A DNA stretch of 64,000 nucleotides from an uncultured Gammaproteobacteria bacterium (GTDB taxonomy: Bacteria > Patescibacteriota > Microgenomatia > Daviesbacterales > UBA10151), in NCBI GenBank assembly GCA_964625535.1, contig CAZVEX010000001.1, forward strand, positions 295 to 64,294, written 5' to 3'. The notes under the pieces are model-generated. The model was given only the letters and a program-made list of their open reading frames with translations, did not search any database and was not told the origin of the DNA. How positions within the stretch are numbered: position 1 is the stretch's first letter; every line of letters starts with the position of its first letter. Of this stretch, positions 57,529 to 64,000 are shown one piece after another. The translations under genes were made by a program, and so were the position numbers.

Positions 57529-58293
57529 ATGACTAAAGTTTCCGTGGTGCTAGCTGTTTACAATGAGGAAGACAACTTGAGGCAGTGTTTGGAATCTGTC
57601 AAAGATTTAGCTTGGGAAATAGTGGTGGTGGATGGGGGATCAACCGATCGGACTTATGAAGTTGCCAGAGATTTTGGAGCCAGGATTGTTGAAACAGATA
57701 ATCCACAGGTATTTCATATCAACAAAAACAAAGCCATAGATGAAGCAAGGGGCGACTGGATATTGCAGCTTGACGCAGATGAAATAGTGACCGAAGAGTT
57801 AAAAAAAGAAATCAAGGAGGCTACCGGGCAAAAAACTGATTTTAATGGATTTTGGATCCCGAGGAGGAATTTTTTTCTGGGAAGATTTCTTAAAAAGGGA
57901 GGTCAATATCCGGATTATACATTGAGACTTTATAAAAAGGGTAAGGGTCGATTGCCGGCCAAAGATGTCCACGAGCAGGCAGTAGTGGAAGGAAAAGTAG
58001 GGTACTTGACGGCTGATTTATTGCATCTGCGAGACAAGACGTTTGCAAACTATCTTGAGGGATTTAACAGGTATACTGATTTATTGGCTTTGCAACTTCA
58101 AGCCTCGGGTCTTAAAAATAATTTTTTTGCATTTTTTAGTTTTCTTTTCTTTAAGCCATTTTTTTGGTTCGTCAAAGCTTATTTTCGCCATCTGGGTTTT
58201 ATGGACGGCTTTCCCGGATTTATTTTTGCCTTGTTTTCATCGTTACGATTTCCTGTGTCATTTATTAAATATCGCATCAGTCATACAAAATGA
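57529..58293 (+). CDS. GT2 glycosyltransferase (WaaE/KdtX-like)
   Basis: YNEE, DGGSTD, DADE, PRRN, YPDY..RL, VHE, GF.DG..G. Confidence 0.88.
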   Translation: MTKVSVVLAVYNEEDNLRQCLESVKDLAWEIVVVDGGSTDRTYEVARDFGARIVETDNPQVFHINKNKAIDEARGDWILQLDADEIVTEELKKEIKEATGQKTDFNGFWIPRRNFFLGRFLKKGGQYPDYTLRLYKKGKGRLPAKDVHEQAVVEGKVGYLTADLLHLRDKTFANYLEGFNRYTDLLALQLQASGLKNNFFAFFSFLFFKPFFWFVKAYFRHLGFMDGFPGFIFALFSSLRFPVSFIKYRISHTK

Positions 58294-59360
58294 AAATAGC
58301 ATTTAATATTACTCCTTTGAAATCTACTCATAAAGAAAGAGGCATTGGTTATTATACAGGGAATTTACTTGAGGGTTTAAAGAGAGAAAGGGATTTGGAA
58401 ATTGTAGAATTTACTAACCTTGCCGATATCAAAAAGCAAGTCGATGGTATTCATTTTCCCTGGTTTGATTTTTATTTCCATACCTTACCCCTTCAAACTT
58501 CTTTTCCCGCTGTGGTGACAGTGCATGATGTGATCCCGCTGATTTTTAAAGACCAATACCCGGTAGGACTGCGGGGAAAAATCAATTTCATCCTGCAAAG
58601 ATTGGCACTGGGCCGCAGCAAGAAAATAATCACCGACTCTTTAGTGTCCAAGGCCGATATTGCCAAATACTTAAAAATAGATGAAGGTAAAATTGCGGTT
58701 ATTCCCTTGGCCTCTGATCCAAGTTTCAAAGAGTTGAACGAGTCGAAGCTGTTATTCATAAAAAGAAAGTACAATTTACCTGATAAGTTTTTACTATATG
58801 TGGGCGATGCCAACTTTGTTAAAAATTTGCCGTTTTTGATAGATTGCTTCAAGGATTTAGTTAAATCATCGGATCTTGCCGATTTAAAGCTTGTTTTGGT
58901 TGGAGGGGTATTTTTAAAAAATCTGAAAGGGATTGATCACCCGGAACTTATCAGTTTGAAAAAAGCATTAGGAATGATTAAAGATAACAATCTGGAGAGT
59001 AAAGTTTTAAGGCCGGGAAGATTAGCAACAGCAGATCTGGTGGCATTTTATAATCTGGCAACAGTTTATGTTCAGCCTTCATTTTATGAAGGATTTGGGT
59101 TGCCCATATTGCAGGCGTTTGCCTGCGGCACTCCGGTTTTATCTTCCAACAGGGGTGCTCTTCCCGAAGTTGGCGGTAATGCCGCCTTGTATTTTGACCC
59201 CGAAAACAAAACGCAGTTTATTAGTCTTGTTGCAGAAACTCTGCAAAATCCATCTTTGCAAAAAAAGTTATCAAAGCTTGGGTTAGATCAAGCTGCAAAA
59301 TTTTCCTGGGAGAAAACAGTTGAAGAAACAAAATTGGTCTATGAAAAAATTAAATCCTGA
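58290..59360 (+). CDS. GT4 glycosyltransferase (mannosyltransferase-like)
   Basis: RGIG.Y, TVHDVIP, KN, PSFYEGFGLP, ACGTPV, FSWEK. Confidence 0.9.
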   Translation: MKIAFNITPLKSTHKERGIGYYTGNLLEGLKRERDLEIVEFTNLADIKKQVDGIHFPWFDFYFHTLPLQTSFPAVVTVHDVIPLIFKDQYPVGLRGKINFILQRLALGRSKKIITDSLVSKADIAKYLKIDEGKIAVIPLASDPSFKELNESKLLFIKRKYNLPDKFLLYVGDANFVKNLPFLIDCFKDLVKSSDLADLKLVLVGGVFLKNLKGIDHPELISLKKALGMIKDNNLESKVLRPGRLATADLVAFYNLATVYVQPSFYEGFGLPILQAFACGTPVLSSNRGALPEVGGNAALYFDPENKTQFISLVAETLQNPSLQKKLSKLGLDQAAKFSWEKTVEETKLVYEKIKS

Positions 59361-60495
59361 AACCCTACATATTATATTAATATTTTTGGTATGGAGAATA
59401 GCATTGGTGGTGGTATTGATTTTCTCCATAAGTTTTATCCCCCTTCAATACAAAGATAGATTTTTAGGAGGTGGGCCGATTAATTACCACCTAGCCCCCG
59501 AGCTTTTTTCCTGGGCAAATTTTGATGGTGAGCATTACTTATCAATTGCCATATTTGGTTATAAAGAAAAGGAGCAGGCGTTTTTTCCCGTTTATCCGGG
59601 GATGATGTCTTTTCTGGCCAAACCTTTTTCACCGGATTTACTCTCGTTTCTTGTTAATTCGACAACCGCGGGTTTAATTATTTCTAATTTATCTTTCCTG
59701 CTGGCTTTAATAATTCTTTGGAATTTAATTAAAATAGACTATTCAAAAAAAATCGCCCTTTTTACTCTCGCAACTGTTCTTTTATTCCCAACTTCTTTTT
59801 ATTTCGGCGCAGTTTACAGCGAATCTTTATTTCTATTGTTATCTGTTAGTTCATTTTATTTAGCAAGAAAAGGTCGTTTTCTTAGCGCGTCACTTTTAGG
59901 AGCTGTAGCCTCTGCCACCAGAGTATTTGGTGTATTGCTTCTGGTGGCATTATTAATAGAAGCTTGGGAACAAAAGGTAAAACTTTCAAAATCATTTTGG
60001 ATTTTCCTGATTCCCATAGGCCTTTTAATTTATATGACGTATCAATATTTTTCCGTAGGAAATCCTTTTGCCTTTTACAATTTGCAAGGTCAGGTAGGCG
60101 AACAACATCAATCAGGGGTGGTTTTGCTGCCTCAAGTATATTTTCGTTATATAAAAATGCTTTTGACTGTTGACCCCACTAACCCTATTTATCAGACAAT
60201 AGTTCTGGAACTTTTAGTGGGTATAATTTTCTTTTTACTGCCCTTATACGGCTATTTTAAAAAAGTGAGATTGTCTTATGTTGCATATGCCATGTTGGGA
60301 TTTTTATTACCTACTATAACAGGTAGTTTTTCTTCAGTGCCCAGATATGTTATCATCCTTTTTCCCTCTTTTTTGATTCTGGCAATGATCATAAATAAAC
60401 TACCAAATGCGTTAAAGATTGCTATTTTAAGCTTTTCCGCTTTGGTGCTTATTGCGGAAACAGCGCTTTTCTTAAGGGGGTATTGGGTAGCATGA
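59341..60495 (+). CDS. PIG-V/GT76-like GT-C mannosyltransferase
   Basis: WANFDGEHY.SIA..GY, AFFPVYP, FPTSFY..AVYSESLF, TR..G, S.PRY. Confidence 0.82.
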   Translation: MKKLNPETLHIILIFLVWRIALVVVLIFSISFIPLQYKDRFLGGGPINYHLAPELFSWANFDGEHYLSIAIFGYKEKEQAFFPVYPGMMSFLAKPFSPDLLSFLVNSTTAGLIISNLSFLLALIILWNLIKIDYSKKIALFTLATVLLFPTSFYFGAVYSESLFLLLSVSSFYLARKGRFLSASLLGAVASATRVFGVLLLVALLIEAWEQKVKLSKSFWIFLIPIGLLIYMTYQYFSVGNPFAFYNLQGQVGEQHQSGVVLLPQVYFRYIKMLLTVDPTNPIYQTIVLELLVGIIFFLLPLYGYFKKVRLSYVAYAMLGFLLPTITGSFSSVPRYVIILFPSFLILAMIINKLPNALKIAILSFSALVLIAETALFLRGYWVA

Positions 60496-61760
60496 AGACA
60501 TTTTTTAGATTAATTAACCATCCATTATTTTCCGGAAGCTTGGTTATGGTTGTCGGAAGTAATTTGGTTAATTTTTTAAATTATTTATATCATCTGATTA
60601 TTGGTAGAATACTTGGTCCATCGGACTATGGCGAGCTTGCCGCCATTATATCTTTGATAGGGCTTTTGAGTATTGTTCCGGCTTCAATAAATCTGGTAAT
60701 TATCAAATATGTTTCCTCGACAAAGGATGACGCAAAACTTACCAATTTAATAAGCTGGCTGAAGTCTGGTACTATCAAAGCTTCTTTGATTCTATTTTTT
60801 GCCATCCTTGCAGCATCCCCCTTTATCGCCTCGTTTTTGCACATAAATAAATTAATTTATCTGATACTCATCGCCGTATCTTATTTGATTTCCTTTCAAT
60901 CTTTGTTTTACAGATCAATCTTGCAAGGTTTACTAAAATTTAAAGAGATGATAATCAGTATTTTGGCAGAAAATATGGTCAAGCTTGTTGTTAGCGTACT
61001 ACTCATCTATTTTGGATTTCGGGTAGGCGGTGCCGTATTTGCTTTCCTGGTTGCGGCTCTAGTAGGTTGGTATATAACAATTTTTTATCTAAAGATTAAG
61101 ACAAAAAAGGTTGATAATCCCCCTGATGTAAAAGCTATGGCTTTGTTTACTATACCGGTTATAATTCAGTCTTTTGCTATGACTTCTGTTTATTCGTCCG
61201 ATGTGATTTTGGTTAAGCATTTTTTTTCCTCTCATGATGCCGGGATTTATGCTTCGCTTTCAACTTTGGGAAAAATAATTCTTTTCGCAACCGGTCCTAT
61301 TGGAGCCGTGATGTTTCCTTTAGTTTCAAAACGCAGCGCCAAAGGAGAAAATTATAAAAGAGTATTTATATTTAGCTTTTTAACCACTCTATCTGTGGCA
61401 ACAATGATTTTGGTAATTTACTGGTTATTTCCTGTTATGGCGATTAGTTTACTTTACGGATCGCTTTTTCTTGAAGCTGCCAATCTTTTATTCTGGTTTG
61501 GCATTTTTATTACCTGCTTTACCCTATCTTTTCTAATAGTAAACTACAATCTGTCTTTGGGTAAAACTAAGGTTGTGATCTTCCCGGCTATTGGCGCCCT
61601 GTTGCAAATTATACTTATCTGGATTTATCACCAGAGTCTATTTACGGTTATACTGATTTCAATTATAGTCTCCGCTTTACTACTTGTCGCTTTGCTTATA
61701 TACTCTATCTATTCTAACAATGGACATAAAGTTGATTTCAGTCATAGTACCGGCGTATAA
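60492..61760 (+). CDS. Second Wzx/MOP-family flippase
   Basis: GRILGPSDYG, LQG, DVILVKHFF...AGIY, VMFPLVS; about 12 TM. Confidence 0.85.
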   Translation: MKTFFRLINHPLFSGSLVMVVGSNLVNFLNYLYHLIIGRILGPSDYGELAAIISLIGLLSIVPASINLVIIKYVSSTKDDAKLTNLISWLKSGTIKASLILFFAILAASPFIASFLHINKLIYLILIAVSYLISFQSLFYRSILQGLLKFKEMIISILAENMVKLVVSVLLIYFGFRVGGAVFAFLVAALVGWYITIFYLKIKTKKVDNPPDVKAMALFTIPVIIQSFAMTSVYSSDVILVKHFFSSHDAGIYASLSTLGKIILFATGPIGAVMFPLVSKRSAKGENYKRVFIFSFLTTLSVATMILVIYWLFPVMAISLLYGSLFLEAANLLFWFGIFITCFTLSFLIVNYNLSLGKTKVVIFPAIGALLQIILIWIYHQSLFTVILISIIVSALLLVALLIYSIYSNNGHKVDFSHSTGV

Positions 61761-62526
61761 ACAAGAAATTACTATTGCCAGAGATTTGCAAAGAATCAAA
61801 GAAGTTCTGGATAAGCTACGCTACCCCAGCGAACTTATTTGTGTGATTGACGGTAAAGCTGATAAGACTTTTAAAGAAGCCTCAAAGTTTGCCGAAAGAT
61901 GCAACAATGTCAAAGTTATAGGTTATGATCATAACAAGGGAAAAGGTTATGCCATCCGTTTTGGGATTGCCGAAAGTAAAGGAGATATCATCGGGTTCAT
62001 TGACGCGGGAATGGATCTTAACCCACGAGGTATCCTGCTGCTATTGGAGCAATTTGAATGGTATAATGCAGACATAATAGTTGGCTCCAAGAGACACCCT
62101 GTTTCTAAAGTTTATTATCCGTGGCAGAGGAAAATTCTTTCATTTAGTTATCAGATACTGGTCTGGTTGCTTTTTGGATTAAAGGTAAAAGATACTCAAG
62201 TGGGAATGAAATTTTTCAAAAGAGAAGTTTTGGAAAAAGTTCTTCCCCGACTTTTGGTCAAACGCTTTGCTTTTGATGTGGAAATGCTGGCTGTTGCCAA
62301 TGCTTTAAACTATAAAAGAATATATGAAGCGCCCGTTGATATAAAACTTCGCTTTGGAGGTACCTCGACTATTACCAGCCAAAAATTTTTAAGAACAGTC
62401 TTAGCAATGCTTATGGATACTCTGGCAATTTTTTATAGACTGAAAATATTGGGATATTATTCCGATAAAAACAAAAGAAAGTGGAGATTTGATCCCGAGT
62501 TAAATTTTAGGGTAAATATCGGATGA
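61720..62526 (+). CDS. Dolichyl-phosphate glycosyltransferase-like GT2
   Basis: PAYKQE, NKGKG, FIDAG.D, GSKRH, DTQVGMK, FAFDVEML. Confidence 0.85.
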   Translation: MDIKLISVIVPAYKQEITIARDLQRIKEVLDKLRYPSELICVIDGKADKTFKEASKFAERCNNVKVIGYDHNKGKGYAIRFGIAESKGDIIGFIDAGMDLNPRGILLLLEQFEWYNADIIVGSKRHPVSKVYYPWQRKILSFSYQILVWLLFGLKVKDTQVGMKFFKREVLEKVLPRLLVKRFAFDVEMLAVANALNYKRIYEAPVDIKLRFGGTSTITSQKFLRTVLAMLMDTLAIFYRLKILGYYSDKNKRKWRFDPELNFRVNIG

Positions 62527-64000
62527 AATTCCTCCTGTTGAGTGTTATTTTTCTTTCAATTCTGCTTTTTTCAAAGACTGCGTTGGCTCAAGAAAGTAAT
62601 TTAAGCAACAACCAATTTGTTACCATTGTTAATCCTTTCAGAATTTCTTCTTATACTAGGGATCCAAAAGCCGCACTTTTAGCGCAGTATAAACAAGTTA
62701 AGATAAGAAATCTGCCGGCAACCTGGCTTTTGACATACGATGTTCTGATAAATCCCGATACACATGCTGATATTTTGGAGTTTGACAGTTTGCAGGAGGT
62801 TGGGGTTTTTCTGGAAGTCACGCCGAAATTCGCTAGCGCATCAGGAGTTTTGTATAACAAGACAGATTCCTGGCATAGGGCGCATACGGTTTTTCTCTCG
62901 GGGTACACCCAAGAGGACAGGATAAAATTGATAGATAAAATCTTTGAAGAATTCAAAAAAATCTTTGGGTTTTACCCCAAGTCAGTCGGAGGGTGGTGGG
63001 TTGATAGCTTCTCCCTTGATTATATGAAGAAAAAATATGATATATCGGCCAATTTAACAGTGGCAGATCAATTTGCCACCGATGGTTACAAACTTTGGGG
63101 ACAATACTGGTCAACTCCGTTTTATCCCAGTAAATATCATGCCGGAATACCCGCAAGGACAGTTGAAAATAAGCTGGATCTGGTGACTATTCAGTGGGCA
63201 GCCAGAGATCCTTTAAACGGTTACGGTAAGGCAGGGGAGAGCACTTTTAGCACCCAAGATTATTTTACCAGAAATCTATCTGATGACTATTTTGAAAAAC
63301 TGGTTGATTTATATACAAAACAAAACGGAAATATGTTTGGACAAATTACCATTGGGTTGGAAGGTGATTTTACTCCGGAAGTTTATGGTGGCAACTTTAG
63401 CAGGCAACTTGATATTGTCAAGAAAAAGCAGGATGAAGGGCAAATTAAGGTTTTGACAATGAAAGATTTCAGCCTCCGGTACAGAAGTATGTTTACAAAG
63501 CTGTCTCCTGCGCATATTATTCAAACGGATGATTTGTTAGGAAAAAAGATCAAAACCTTTTGGTTTCAGTCGCCTGTTTACAGAATTAACATAACTTATG
63601 ACTATGAATCGAATAAAACTTATGTTAACGACTTCAGAAGTTACCACGGCGATTTTGAGGAGCCTTATTATTTTTCCCCTAATAGAGATTTGAATTTACA
63701 AATAAATATTCCTTCGATAATTGATTCTGCTGGCAATCCAGAGGATGGTTGGTTAATTGTGGATACTAAACTTAAATCAGTTGACATAAGAGATAACAAA
63801 CTTTTCCTTAATTTTGACAAAGCACAAATACAACTGGAGGAGGGAAAAATTAATATTTCCGGTAAGATTAACTCTTTACCACAAAGGGTTGCCCGCTCTC
63901 CTTATCTGCAAGTGGTAAAAAAGTGGGGGAAAATAGAGCTTGAGCCAAAAATTAAATGGCCGTATCCGGAGGAAGGCTTTAAATTTAGAGATTTAACTCA
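62523..64000 (+). CDS. Secreted deacetylase/GH-like protein, paralogue of the 38997 N-terminal domain; runs off the window; absent from the ORF track
   Basis: Manual translation open to the window end: MKFLLLSVIF...TIVNP...LPATWLLTYD...GVFLEVTP...FGFYPKSVGGWWVD...DQFATDGYKLWGQYWSTPFYPS...QWAARDP. Confidence 0.8.
   Translation, partial: MKFLLLSVIFLSILLFSKTALAQESNLSNNQFVTIVNPFRISSYTRDPKAALLAQYKQVKIRNLPATWLLTYDVLINPDTHADILEFDSLQEVGVFLEVTPKFASASGVLYNKTDSWHRAHTVFLSGYTQEDRIKLIDKIFEEFKKIFGFYPKSVGGWWVDSFSLDYMKKKYDISANLTVADQFATDGYKLWGQYWSTPFYPSKYHAGIPARTVENKLDLVTIQWAARDPLNGYGKAGESTFSTQDYFTRNLSDDYFEKLVDLYTKQNGNMFGQITIGLEGDFTPEVYGGNFSRQLDIVKKKQDEGQIKVLTMKDFSLRYRSMFTKLSPAHIIQTDDLLGKKIKTFWFQSPVYRINITYDYESNKTYVNDFRSYHGDFEEPYYFSPNRDLNLQINIPSIIDSAGNPEDGWLIVDTKLKSVDIRDNKLFLNFDKAQIQLEEGKINISGKINSLPQRVARSPYLQVVKKWGKIELEPKIKWPYPEEGFKFRDLT

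Noticed and set aside
62651-63524. Short minus-strand ORFs at the right end
   Set aside because: Shadows of the long + strand ORF starting at 62523
1-64000. tRNA, rRNA, CRISPR, IS/integrase, prophage or defence genes
   Set aside because: Intergenic gaps are at most about 120 bp with no cloverleaf or repeat-spacer pattern, and no ORF carries such motifs

Overview
Gene-dense 64 kb chromosomal segment of a small-genome bacterium (code 11, TGA used as stop). It most likely belongs to Patescibacteria/CPR, Microgenomates-like; this is inferred from the class I LysRS, minimal TsaB, short RF2, CPR-style SecA and abundant orphan membrane proteins. The left third carries housekeeping genes (lysK, serS, secA, nnrD, tsaE/tsaB, prfB, ftsE/ftsX plus an M23 hydrolase), a degenerate M49 peptidase and a divergent orphan HisG-like gene. 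From about 10 kb, and continuously from 23.9 kb to the window end, lies a very large surface-glycan locus: rmlABC, gmd, galE, four polyprenol-phosphate-sugar synthase-type GT2 domains, three other GT2s, two GT4s, two MOP flippases and about 18 multi-pass GT-C-type proteins in several paralogous subfamilies, including two fusion proteins. A recurring TGnTAnnnT-N6-8-start motif indicates widespread leaderless transcription, including one near-palindromic bidirectional promoter. No rRNA, tRNA, CRISPR array or mobile element was seen. All family assignments come from motif recognition by eye; no database searches were run.
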